From: Cyclobacteriaceae bacterium
Lineage (GTDB): Bacteria > Bacteroidota > Bacteroidia > Cytophagales > Cyclobacteriaceae
Length of the DNA stretch: 64,000 bases
Reading direction: 5' to 3'
Assembly: GCA_040222475.1 (NCBI GenBank)
Contig: JAVKDB010000023.1
Location: 41,170 to 105,169, forward strand
How positions within the stretch are numbered: the first letter of the stretch is position 1; the number at the start of each line of letters is the position of its first letter. Both the position numbers and the translations under genes were made by a program. Shown here in pieces: positions 44,174 through 52,996 of the stretch. Under the pieces are notes generated by a model. That model did not search any database. It saw nothing but the letters and a program-made list of their open reading frames with translations, and was not told where the DNA came from.

Positions 44174-45808
44174 TTATGAAATTTCATTGAGAAATTCATT
44201 CAGGTTTTGCTCTGAAGGCAGATTCAACTTTTTCTTCAGTCGGTAACGGGCCGTTTTGACACTTTCTGGTGATATTCCAAACATCTCACCAATTTCCTTT
44301 ATGGAAAAATTCATTTTAACCAGCACGCTCAGTCTCAGATCATTGTTGGTTAATGATGGGAATTTTTCATGGAGCCGATCAAAGAAGCCCTGATGAACGT
44401 TTTCAAATCTTAGCTTGAAATCTTTCCAGTCATTATCCACCTGGATATGTTTCTTTACTGTTTTTTCTATGCCAATCAAGTCTTTTCGTACCTGATCAGA
44501 AGACCTTTTCTTTATCTCCTGTATAGATTCAATTAACTCCTCAAACAGTCTGTTCTTCTGAATGAAATTGACGGTATAGGATGATAGTTCCCTGTTTTTA
44601 TGTTCGATCTCCTGCTGAGCCGTTTCCGCGAGTTGCCTTGCCGTTTCTTCACGCCTTTTCGCTCGTGTTTGTCTGACTTTGATGAGCACAATTGCGATTG
44701 CAATTACCATGAAAATTGCAATGATCAAAATAAGTATTCGGATTCTTTGAAGTTCAGACTGCTGCTGAAGGATCACAATCTGTTGCTCTCGTGCATTTAA
44801 CTGTCTTTGCTGTTCGATGGTGGCAAGCTGTGCTTCAAGTCGCGAAATATTATTGATGGTCTCTTCATTGAAAATACTGTCACGTTCCAGGATATATTGA
44901 TCATAGTAGTAGATGGCTTTGTTTAAATCGCCGTTTCTCCGGTTAATTATCTGGAGGTTGTGATAAATTTCGTTCAACCATTTATGCGATCCTATTTCTC
45001 GGGCAAAGGGAAGGCTTTCCAACAGATAATTCTCAGCGGTTACTAACCTGTTACGGGTCAGTTGAATTTTAGCCAGATCAAGAAGTGTCTTGATTTTTCC
45101 TTCAATGTCATTTATCTCATTGCTAATCTCCAATGATTTTTCAAAGTAAGTAACTGCACCTTCATATTCTCCGACTGCAGCATGCAACACACCCAATCGA
45201 TTAAAAACTTCCATTACTCCATATTGAAAGTTTTGGTTTTGATGTATTTCGAGTGCTCTTTTCAAAAAGTCCTCAGATGCATCAAATTTCTTCTGCTCAA
45301 TAAATATGGTGGCAATTTTGGTGTAGGTAGTTCCCGATCTTCCCTCTGCTCCTACTGCTTCAAATAACTTTAGGGCGTCAAAATAAAATTCCAGTGCGCG
45401 ATTATAATCAAACCGATCACTATAGATCAGCCCAATATTCATCATGCAATTTGCTTCTCCAAGAGTATCTCGCAGAGAACGATATATTTCAAGCCCGTCA
45501 CTAAGATAGCTGAGTCCGTCATCGTAGCTTCCTTTCGCCCAATGAGCAACACCTATCACCCGGTTGGCATAGGCCAACCCCTTCTTATCATTAAGTATCT
45601 CTGCCAAAACCTTAGCCTTCTGGCCATAAATTATTGATTGTATGGGATTAACAATCCAATATTCGTAACCCAGCTGATTTAGCATTTGAACCTTTTCTGA
45701 ATCCTCCGACCGGTATTTACTCAGCTGTTCCTCCAGGCTGTCAATTTCCTGTGAAAATGCGTTTAGGGTTAATCCAATACCCAGCAATAAGATGGTTAAA
45801 ATCCTCAT
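44174..45808 (-). CDS. membrane-spanning TPR sensor fused to a LuxR/GerE-type HTH (one-component regulator)
   Basis: From ATG 45808: signal peptide MRILTILLLGIGLTLNAFSQ, about 7 TPRs, TM (ILILIIAIFMVIAIAIVLI), coiled coil, and C-terminal HTH (LTNNDLRLSVLVKMNFSIKEIGEMFGISPESVKTARYRLKKKL). Confidence 0.8.
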   Translation of the reverse strand: MRILTILLLGIGLTLNAFSQEIDSLEEQLSKYRSEDSEKVQMLNQLGYEYWIVNPIQSIIYGQKAKVLAEILNDKKGLAYANRVIGVAHWAKGSYDDGLSYLSDGLEIYRSLRDTLGEANCMMNIGLIYSDRFDYNRALEFYFDALKLFEAVGAEGRSGTTYTKIATIFIEQKKFDASEDFLKRALEIHQNQNFQYGVMEVFNRLGVLHAAVGEYEGAVTYFEKSLEISNEINDIEGKIKTLLDLAKIQLTRNRLVTAENYLLESLPFAREIGSHKWLNEIYHNLQIINRRNGDLNKAIYYYDQYILERDSIFNEETINNISRLEAQLATIEQQRQLNAREQQIVILQQQSELQRIRILILIIAIFMVIAIAIVLIKVRQTRAKRREETARQLAETAQQEIEHKNRELSSYTVNFIQKNRLFEELIESIQEIKKRSSDQVRKDLIGIEKTVKKHIQVDNDWKDFKLRFENVHQGFFDRLHEKFPSLTNNDLRLSVLVKMNFSIKEIGEMFGISPESVKTARYRLKKKLNLPSEQNLNEFLNEIS

Positions 45809-45898
45809 GGTTGAACACAAAATAAACGAACAAATGACAATATGGACCAATCAATAAAATCGAATCGAACTATATTTATTAGCTGATCAATAAGAATT

Positions 45899-47251
45899 AT
45901 GAAGAAAATACCCAGCCTCGTGTTTTTAATAGGCACATTCAGCCTTTTTGCACAAAATCCTTATTTTCCAAAAGTATTAAGTATGCAGGAGCGTGCTGAA
46001 GTTGTTGATCAATGGCTGGAAGAAAGAGTAAAGACTGTTCTTCCCGAGATCATGAGACGATCAGAGATTGATATGTGGATTGTAATTGCCAGAGAATACA
46101 ATGAAGATCCGGTTATCAAAACCTTACTACCAGCTACCTGGCAATCCGCAAGAAGAACAACGATACTGGTTGCATATGATCCAGGACAGGGGAAAGCACT
46201 GGAAACATTTGGTATAAGTCGATACAATACCGGTAATCTTTTTAAGACTGCCTGGAATAAAGAGGAGGATCCGGACCAGTGGAAAGCACTTGCAGAAATG
46301 ATTGCCGACAAGGATCCACAAAAAATTGGCATCAATAAATCTGAAACTTTTGCATTGGCAGACGGACTATCATCTACCCACTTTGATCAGTTGATGAATG
46401 TGCTTCCGAAAAAATATCATTCACGTGTTATCGGAGCAGAAAATGTGGCCATCGGGTGGCTGGAGACAAGAACCAATAGCGAGATGGTTGTCTACCAAAA
46501 CATCGTCAGAATGGCACATCAGATTATCGCTGAAGGATTTTCTGAAAAAGTAATCCAACCAGGCATCACAACCACTGATGATGTGGTCTGGTGGTATCGG
46601 GACCGAATCAGGGAGCTCGGATTTACAGCCTGGTTCCACCCCTCTGTATCAATTCAAAGAAGGGACCCTGAGTCATTTGAGCACCTTCGGGCATTTTCTG
46701 AACGGCCCGATAAACAAATCATTATCCCCGGTGATTTATTGCATGTAGATTTTGGCATCACGTATCTCAGACTAAACACAGACACCCAACAGCATGCATA
46801 TGTCCTGAAAAAGGGACAAACACAGCCACCTCAATTTCTGAAGGATGCTTTCAAAAAAGGGAACCGGGTTCAGGATATACTGACCTCAAATTTCAAAGAA
46901 GGCCGATCAGGGAACGAAATTCTTAAAGCGACACTTGATCAGTGTAAGGCTGAAGGGTTAAAGGGGGTTATTTACACTCATCCCATTGGCTATCATGGTC
47001 ACGGAGCAGGACCAACAATCGGCTTATGGGATCAACAGGGAGGTGTTCCCGGAAAAGGTGACTATCCACTTTATAAAAACACAGCTCACTCTATTGAATT
47101 AAACGCAGGTGTTTATATTAATGAGTGGGAAAAAGAGATTCGAATCATGCTGGAAGAAGATGCCTTTTTCGATGGAGAATCCACACAATACATTGACGGG
47201 CGTCAGGTAGAGCTTATGACGATTCCAAGAAAATTATTCCCAAATGATTAA
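45899..47251 (+). CDS. secreted M24-family Xaa-Pro aminopeptidase-like protein
   Basis: 450 aa. Signal peptide. Pita-bread fold pattern (PGDLLHVDFG, HPIGYHGHG, IELNAG, LEED). Confidence 0.8.
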   Translation: MKKIPSLVFLIGTFSLFAQNPYFPKVLSMQERAEVVDQWLEERVKTVLPEIMRRSEIDMWIVIAREYNEDPVIKTLLPATWQSARRTTILVAYDPGQGKALETFGISRYNTGNLFKTAWNKEEDPDQWKALAEMIADKDPQKIGINKSETFALADGLSSTHFDQLMNVLPKKYHSRVIGAENVAIGWLETRTNSEMVVYQNIVRMAHQIIAEGFSEKVIQPGITTTDDVVWWYRDRIRELGFTAWFHPSVSIQRRDPESFEHLRAFSERPDKQIIIPGDLLHVDFGITYLRLNTDTQQHAYVLKKGQTQPPQFLKDAFKKGNRVQDILTSNFKEGRSGNEILKATLDQCKAEGLKGVIYTHPIGYHGHGAGPTIGLWDQQGGVPGKGDYPLYKNTAHSIELNAGVYINEWEKEIRIMLEEDAFFDGESTQYIDGRQVELMTIPRKLFPND

Positions 47252-48069
47252 TGGATTTCCATTTCCATAAGCCATCAGGGTTCCTGAGTCACTTTGTTGA
47301 ATCCATCGTTTTTTTCGAGCATTACGATGGAGACTACAAGGCAGAAAAAATGCTGCCTGATGGTTACCATGATCTGGTCATTGACCTTACCGAGACACCC
47401 AAACATATCTTTGATAATGAGACGCTGCAAGTGACTCAAACCTGCACCAACTCATGGCTTTCGGGTGCACGACAAAAGCTTCTTACACGTGATGCCGGTG
47501 GAAACGATTCATCCATGATGGTTATTCGTTTTCATTATGGATCTGCATTTCACTTTGCACGAATGCCCGCCTGTGAACTTACCGACTCAGTTGTTGATAC
47601 AGATCTGCTGTTTGGAAACAAGGTAAATGAGTTGAGGGAAAAGGTGATTGAATGTGGTGACCCTGATTTAAAATTTAGCATTGTAGAAAAATTCCTGACG
47701 AATCACCTGTTAAGACTGGAGATTCCTGATATCATCACGCACTCGGTCCATTTGATTAAGGAAAACCCATCTACTCACACTATCAAACAGATCACCGAAA
47801 AAATGGGCTACAGCCAGAAACATTTTATTCACCTGTTCAAAAAACATGTAGGGCTTACACCTAAAGCTTTTCAACGAATACAACGATTTCAAAAAATAAT
47901 TTACGAGCTTGAATCAGACCAAATGATCAACTGGACGAGTCTTTCACTGGATTGCGGATACTTTGATCAGGCTCATTTCATCAATGATTTCAGGGCATTC
48001 TCAGGAATGAATCCTAAGCAATACTTACTTGAAAAAGGCCCTCTCATGAACTACATTTCTGTGAAGTAA
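47251..48069 (+). CDS. AraC-family transcriptional regulator
   Basis: 272 aa. C-terminal double HTH (IKQITEKMGYSQKHFIHLFKKHVGLTPKAFQRIQRF...GYFDQAHFINDFRAFSGMNP). TAATG overlap with the peptidase stop. Confidence 0.85.
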   Translation: MDFHFHKPSGFLSHFVESIVFFEHYDGDYKAEKMLPDGYHDLVIDLTETPKHIFDNETLQVTQTCTNSWLSGARQKLLTRDAGGNDSSMMVIRFHYGSAFHFARMPACELTDSVVDTDLLFGNKVNELREKVIECGDPDLKFSIVEKFLTNHLLRLEIPDIITHSVHLIKENPSTHTIKQITEKMGYSQKHFIHLFKKHVGLTPKAFQRIQRFQKIIYELESDQMINWTSLSLDCGYFDQAHFINDFRAFSGMNPKQYLLEKGPLMNYISVK

Positions 48070-48108
48070 ATTTTTTCCAATACAATGACGGCTCACTGTT
48101 CTATTTTG
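48067..48108 (+). promoter_or_regulatory. promoter-like element 1: TAAATTTTTTCCAA, 21 nt, TATTTTG
   Basis: Read directly. Lies 19 nt upstream of ATG 48127. Near-identical in sequence and spacing to element 2. Confidence 0.35.
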
Positions 48109-48126
48109 TCAGACTAAAAAACGACT

Positions 48127-48636
48127 ATGAATCGATCTTCATCCAAAATAAAAAGTGTTGTTACCGTTTTGCTACTATCACTATCATTTATACTCGAGGC
48201 GCAAACAGTTTTGCCTGCCTTTATCGAAGGAACATGGGTAGGATATCCCGCTGATTCTTCTTTCAAATCTGTTATCACGTACAAACTCTCGCTAAGGGGA
48301 AAATACCTGTATGCAGAAAATCTCTTGTACGGGAGGGATAATCAGCTATTCAGAACATATGAAGGGATGTATTTTGCCGAAGGTGAAAACCTTAAATATC
48401 ACCTCCGGGGTTCAGGTGCTGAAACACATGTTGGAGAAGCTTTTCTTTCCAACGACACTTTGCTTCATGTGGCAAAAATATTTCCCGCCGGCTCGACCAA
48501 ATCATATCGTTCGGCAGTTGTGAAGACCGGAGAAAACACTTTCAGTTATTACGCCAACTATTCTTCTGAAGAAACTCCACCAAATTCTCTTGAATTCGAT
48601 AATCCCATCAACTATATCCGTCAGCCGAAGAGGTAA
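48127..48636 (+). CDS. hypothetical secreted protein
   Basis: 169 aa with a signal peptide. No motif recognised. Confidence 0.6.
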   Translation: MNRSSSKIKSVVTVLLLSLSFILEAQTVLPAFIEGTWVGYPADSSFKSVITYKLSLRGKYLYAENLLYGRDNQLFRTYEGMYFAEGENLKYHLRGSGAETHVGEAFLSNDTLLHVAKIFPAGSTKSYRSAVVKTGENTFSYYANYSSEETPPNSLEFDNPINYIRQPKR

Positions 48637-48676
48637 AATTTTTCCAAGACGAATCATATTGATGGTCCTACTTTTG
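48634..48676 (+). promoter_or_regulatory. promoter-like element 2: TAAAATTTTTCCAA, 21 nt, TACTTTTG
   Basis: TACTTTTG is an exact TAnnTTTG -7 box, 12 nt upstream of ATG 48688. The upstream half is shared with element 1. Confidence 0.4.
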
Positions 48677-48687
48677 AATTAAAAAAG

Positions 48688-49095
48688 ATGGAAGACTTAT
48701 ACATTAATCATTGGGCTGTTTTGGTTGCTGCCCTGTCAAACCTCCTGGTTGGTGCCATATGGTACTCACCTGCACTTTTTTACAAAGCATGGAAAGCTGA
48801 AAACAAATTATCGGATGAGGATATTGCGAAATCAAATCCCGGTAAGTTGTACACCATTTCTACTGTACTCTCTCTGATTATTTGCTATAATATGGCCGCT
48901 TTTCTGGGAGATTCAAAAACAGACTGGGTATGGGGAACCACTGCTGGTTTTCTTGCCGGATTCGGATGGGCAGCATTGATTTTTGCCATTATTGCACTAT
49001 ACGAACAAAAATCCATTCGATACATTTTAATAAATGGAGGCTACATCGTGGTTTACTTTACGCTGATTGGATTTATAATTGGTGCATGGAGATGA
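48688..49095 (+). CDS. DUF1761-family membrane protein
   Basis: 135 aa, 4 TM. The N-terminal pattern INHWAVLVAALSNLLVGAIWYSPALFYKAWK matches my memory of DUF1761. Confidence 0.65.
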   Translation: MEDLYINHWAVLVAALSNLLVGAIWYSPALFYKAWKAENKLSDEDIAKSNPGKLYTISTVLSLIICYNMAAFLGDSKTDWVWGTTAGFLAGFGWAALIFAIIALYEQKSIRYILINGGYIVVYFTLIGFIIGAWR

Positions 49096-50048
49096 ACATA
49101 AAGAACTGTATTGCTATCCTGGTAATCCTTAGTGGTTGCCAGACAGTGTCACAGGAAGAAAACAGCGACAGGAAGTACCGAATTGCCTATAATGTCTGGA
49201 TTGATCCTGAAGGAGACAACTATGATGTTTTCAGCATGAATATGGACGGAAGCGATCCTGTGAATATTACGAATCTGGATGGTGTTGAATGGACATACAA
49301 ATCTTCCGGTCAGGACCTCTTGTTTATCTCTGACAAGGACACTTGTGACCGATGCTATTTGCTCTATTCATCAGATGCTTTTGGCCGGGATCCTAAACGA
49401 ATCGGTGGATTCCTTTTGAAAGACAGCTGGCATAGTACCAGAAAAAATGGTGAAGAAATTATAGTTACTCCAAAAGTTGAAAACGACAGTGCCTTTTACA
49501 TTCTTAACAGGAATGGTGAGCTTGTTCAAAAGATTTATACCGGGTTAGCTTATTTTACTGATCCTGAATTTTCACCTGACGGAACCCAGATTGTTTTTCG
49601 AGGTGCCCAAAAGCGTTTCAAAGCAAACATTGGTTATCAGGATGAGCTATATGTTGTAAACACTGATGGGACCGGCCTTCGCCAATTGACCTATTACCCT
49701 GAGAACGATACAACAGCTGAATGGTGGAATTATCATGCCGGCCCTCCTTTTTGGGAGCCCAATCAAAACATCATCACTTTTCATTCCGTGCAACAAGGTG
49801 GATCTTATCTATTCCAGATTAACCCGGATGGAAGCGGATTAAAAAAACTTACTCCTGACTCCCTGCGAGTTGGTTGGCATTCCTGGTCTTCGAATGGGGA
49901 AATAATCACGTTTGATGCAGAAACGGGAACAGATGAACAACCTGACTATGACATCTTTAGTATGCACTATCGAACCGGAAAAATAACACAGCTGACTTTT
50001 GACAGCCTGTACCAGCAGAGCCCTGTTGTAGTGGAAGTCCGTGAATAG
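49092..50048 (+). CDS. TolB-like beta-propeller lipoprotein (PD40/WD40-like repeats)
   Basis: The real start is ATG 49092 (ATGA overlap with the upstream stop): MNIKNCIAILVILSGCQ lipobox. Repeated FSPDGTQIVF / NPDGSGLKKLT PD40-type motifs. Confidence 0.75.
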   Translation: MNIKNCIAILVILSGCQTVSQEENSDRKYRIAYNVWIDPEGDNYDVFSMNMDGSDPVNITNLDGVEWTYKSSGQDLLFISDKDTCDRCYLLYSSDAFGRDPKRIGGFLLKDSWHSTRKNGEEIIVTPKVENDSAFYILNRNGELVQKIYTGLAYFTDPEFSPDGTQIVFRGAQKRFKANIGYQDELYVVNTDGTGLRQLTYYPENDTTAEWWNYHAGPPFWEPNQNIITFHSVQQGGSYLFQINPDGSGLKKLTPDSLRVGWHSWSSNGEIITFDAETGTDEQPDYDIFSMHYRTGKITQLTFDSLYQQSPVVVEVRE

Positions 50049-50050
50049 GA

Positions 50051-50500
50051 TTATGATTTTGACCCGAAAATTTTCCCCATTAATCCCGGTGATTTTTTTT
50101 CCTTCGGAGCATTAATCATAATCTCAGACAGGACATTCAAAGCTGTTCTCCAGGACTGTCCGATATGTTCTCTGTATTCGTCACCCATCGTGATTTTCAC
50201 TGTTTCAATCAATGCTTCGCGAACATGTGGATAATAGCTTCTTTCTATATTGAGTCTTTGATGAATTCTTCCAAGATCTTCAATAGCAGGTTTTATACTT
50301 TCAATATTGTCTATGTTAGACACTACATAACCTACCGTTTTGGATAATTTCTGAGCCTGCGCCGGAATGTCAGAAAAAAGAGCTCTTGCTTCCGGCACTC
50401 TGTCGAAAAGAATTTCATAGAATTGCATCATTTTGCTTCCGCCATCCTCAAGCATAAATCCCCAGGAAAATCGAATATCAGTAACCATTGATTGACTCAT
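50051..50500 (-). CDS. single-domain globin-like protein
   Basis: 149 aa. FYEILFDRVPEARALF...LGRIHQRLNI...YPHVREALIETV...WRTALNVLSEIM follows the 3-on-3 globin helix pattern with a candidate proximal His. Confidence 0.65.
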   Translation of the reverse strand: MSQSMVTDIRFSWGFMLEDGGSKMMQFYEILFDRVPEARALFSDIPAQAQKLSKTVGYVVSNIDNIESIKPAIEDLGRIHQRLNIERSYYPHVREALIETVKITMGDEYREHIGQSWRTALNVLSEIMINAPKEKKSPGLMGKIFGSKS

Positions 50501-50666
50501 AACTTTTCATATTGATTGATGAAATGAAAAATTACTGGTCCGATTAACAAAGTAATGCTCAGTCGGGTCTACAAATCATCAACAGACATAATCCTTTGTG
50601 AAGAAATATTTTGCACTTTTCATTTCATTACGAAGTTGTTAGTGTTCAACAATTTAGTTTTGCTCA

Positions 50667-52937
50667 ATGCCGATTGACGCCAAAGACAATTACCTTTCAG
50701 AACTTAATCCCCCACAAAAGGAAGGTGTAATTAACGTAGAAGGCCCCTGCATGATCATTGCGGGAGCAGGATCCGGAAAAACCCGTGTCTTAACCTACCG
50801 AATTGCACACCTGATGAAAGAGCACAACGTTGATCCTTTCAATATTTTATCTCTCACTTTCACTAACAAGGCAGCAAAAGAAATGCAGCATCGCATCGAG
50901 GAACTGGTGGGAAATGACGCTCGCAATTTATGGATGGGAACGTTTCACTCAGTTTTTGCAAGAATTCTCAGGTCGGAAGCTGACAGACTTGGTTACCCAT
51001 CAAATTTCACCATCTACGATACTGATGATTCCAAATCATTGATTAAGCTGATCGTAAAAGAATTCAACCTTGACGACAAGCTGTACAAGCCCAATCTTGT
51101 TTACAATCGGATATCAGGAGCCAAAAACAGGCTTGTTTCCTGGAGGGAGTATCTGAATAATCCCATTTATGCGGAGGATGACAAGCAGAACATGCGACCC
51201 GAGATGGGCCGTATTTACCGAACATATTCTGAAAGATGTTTCGCGGCTGATGCGATGGACTTTGATGACCTGCTCTTCAATACCAATATTCTCTTTCAGG
51301 AAAATCCCGATGTACTCAACAAATATCAACAACGCTTTCATCACGTAATGATTGATGAGTTTCAGGATACCAATATTTCACAATACATGATTGCAAAGAG
51401 GTTGGCTGCTGTCCGTCAAAACATCTGTGTAGTTGGTGATGATGCTCAAAGTATTTATGCATTCCGTGGAGCCGACATTCAAAATATTTTGAATTTTGAA
51501 AAAGATTATCCGGATCTCAAAATGATCCGTCTGGAGCAAAACTATCGTTCCACAAAAACGATTGTGAATGCGGCAAATTCAGTAATCAATAAGAACACGG
51601 CACAATTGAAGAAGAGCGTCTGGACTGAAAATTCAGACGGGGAGCTCATCGAGTTAATCAAGGCAACTTCTGATAATGAAGAAGGGAAGCTTATTGCTTC
51701 TTCCATTTTCGAAACCAAGATGCAGCACCATGTTCCCAATAAAGATTTTGCGATTCTTTATCGGACCAACAGTCAGTCGAGGGCGATGGAAGAAGCCTTG
51801 AGAAGAAACAACATTAAATACCGAATTGTTGGCGGACTTTCATTTTACCAGCGTCGGGAAATAAAAGACCTGCTGGCTTACTTCAGATATGTGGTTAATC
51901 CCAATGATGAGCAGGCCATGCGAAGAATCATCAATCTTCCAAAGCGTGGTGTAGGTCCCGGGACCATAGATAAAATGGTAGTTGCGGCGGCCGAGCATCA
52001 GAAATCCCTATGGGAGATCATGGAGAAAGCAGCATCCTATGTCGGAAACAGAGGCGGTACTCAGGTCGAAAATTTCGCGACCCTGATTAAGTCATTTCGG
52101 CTGACCAATGATAAGAAGGATGCGTATGATACGGCTTCTCAGATAGCAAAAACTTCGGGGCTGCTTAAGGAGCTCTATGAGGACAAGACCATCGAAGGGA
52201 TGAGTCGATATGAGAATACGCAGGAATTGCTTAATGCAATCAAGGAATTCACAGAAAGCTCCGACAGGGAGGACAAAAGCCTGGGCGCCTTCCTTCAGGA
52301 TGTGGCGCTTTTGACCGACGAAGACAGAAGTGGAAAGTCAGATGATGCTGTCACCTTAATGACCATTCACAGTTCCAAGGGACTGGAATTCGGACATGTT
52401 TACGTCGTTGGACTGGAGGAGGATCTTTTTCCTTCACAAATGATGCTGAGCAGTCGTGCCGACCTGGAAGAAGAACGACGACTATTCTATGTAGCTATCA
52501 CCCGGGCCAAGCAAAAACTTTCCTTCAGCTACGCTCTCAATCGGTATCGTTTTGGAAACCTGAAAAGTTGCGAGCCAAGCAGATTTCTGGAAGAAGTTGA
52601 CCCTTCTTTTATCAAAGTGAATCGCAAGTTCTCAGCAAGCGATCCTGTTTCTCCCGGAATCAATTATGTCACAAAGAACTTTGTGAACAACCTGAAGAAG
52701 GAAGCATCTAAGAAGAAATTTGCCAATCAGATCATCAATCATCAGCCAGGTCCTGATTTTGAACCAAGTGACACATCAAATCTGGAAACCGGAATGAAGG
52801 TAGAGCACCCAAAATTCGGTTTTGGAGTAGTATCCGAAATTGATAAACAGGGAGCGAATGTAAAAGCAAAGGTTGATTTTGAAAAGGCCGGGGAAAAGAC
52901 ACTCCTCCTGAGCTTCGCCAAGCTGAGGATTCTTTAA
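50667..52937 (+). CDS. uvrD: ATP-dependent DNA helicase, UvrD/PcrA/Rep (SF1) family
   Basis: 756 aa. GAGSGKT, DEFQDTN, VGDDAQSIYAFRGA, QNYRST, TIHSSKGLEF and YVAITRA motifs. Confidence 0.92.
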   Translation: MPIDAKDNYLSELNPPQKEGVINVEGPCMIIAGAGSGKTRVLTYRIAHLMKEHNVDPFNILSLTFTNKAAKEMQHRIEELVGNDARNLWMGTFHSVFARILRSEADRLGYPSNFTIYDTDDSKSLIKLIVKEFNLDDKLYKPNLVYNRISGAKNRLVSWREYLNNPIYAEDDKQNMRPEMGRIYRTYSERCFAADAMDFDDLLFNTNILFQENPDVLNKYQQRFHHVMIDEFQDTNISQYMIAKRLAAVRQNICVVGDDAQSIYAFRGADIQNILNFEKDYPDLKMIRLEQNYRSTKTIVNAANSVINKNTAQLKKSVWTENSDGELIELIKATSDNEEGKLIASSIFETKMQHHVPNKDFAILYRTNSQSRAMEEALRRNNIKYRIVGGLSFYQRREIKDLLAYFRYVVNPNDEQAMRRIINLPKRGVGPGTIDKMVVAAAEHQKSLWEIMEKAASYVGNRGGTQVENFATLIKSFRLTNDKKDAYDTASQIAKTSGLLKELYEDKTIEGMSRYENTQELLNAIKEFTESSDREDKSLGAFLQDVALLTDEDRSGKSDDAVTLMTIHSSKGLEFGHVYVVGLEEDLFPSQMMLSSRADLEEERRLFYVAITRAKQKLSFSYALNRYRFGNLKSCEPSRFLEEVDPSFIKVNRKFSASDPVSPGINYVTKNFVNNLKKEASKKKFANQIINHQPGPDFEPSDTSNLETGMKVEHPKFGFGVVSEIDKQGANVKAKVDFEKAGEKTLLLSFAKLRIL

Positions 52938-52947
52938 GGATTAAGCT

Positions 52948-52973
52948 AAAAAAGGGGTGTTTTTGGCACCCCT
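52948..52973. terminator. terminator between convergent uvrD and the giant T9SS gene
   Basis: AGGGGTG (52953-52959) pairs with CACCCCT (52967-52973). On the minus strand it is followed by TTTTTT; the plus-strand T-tract is weaker. Confidence 0.65.
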
Positions 52974-52996
52974 CTTTAAATTTATTCTTCCCTTAT

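Noticed and set aside
48930-49091. 54-aa N-terminal extension of the TolB-like ORF, overlapping the DUF1761 gene out of frame.
   Set aside because: The extension is Cys/His/Trp-rich nonsense with no signal peptide. ATG 49092 gives an ATGA junction and a proper lipoprotein signal (MNIKNCIAILVILSGCQ).
50655-50662. TAGTTTTG -7-box match just before the uvrD start codon.
   Set aside because: It ends only 4 nt before the ATG at 50667. It would imply a leaderless mRNA or a different start codon, which is too uncertain to call as a promoter.
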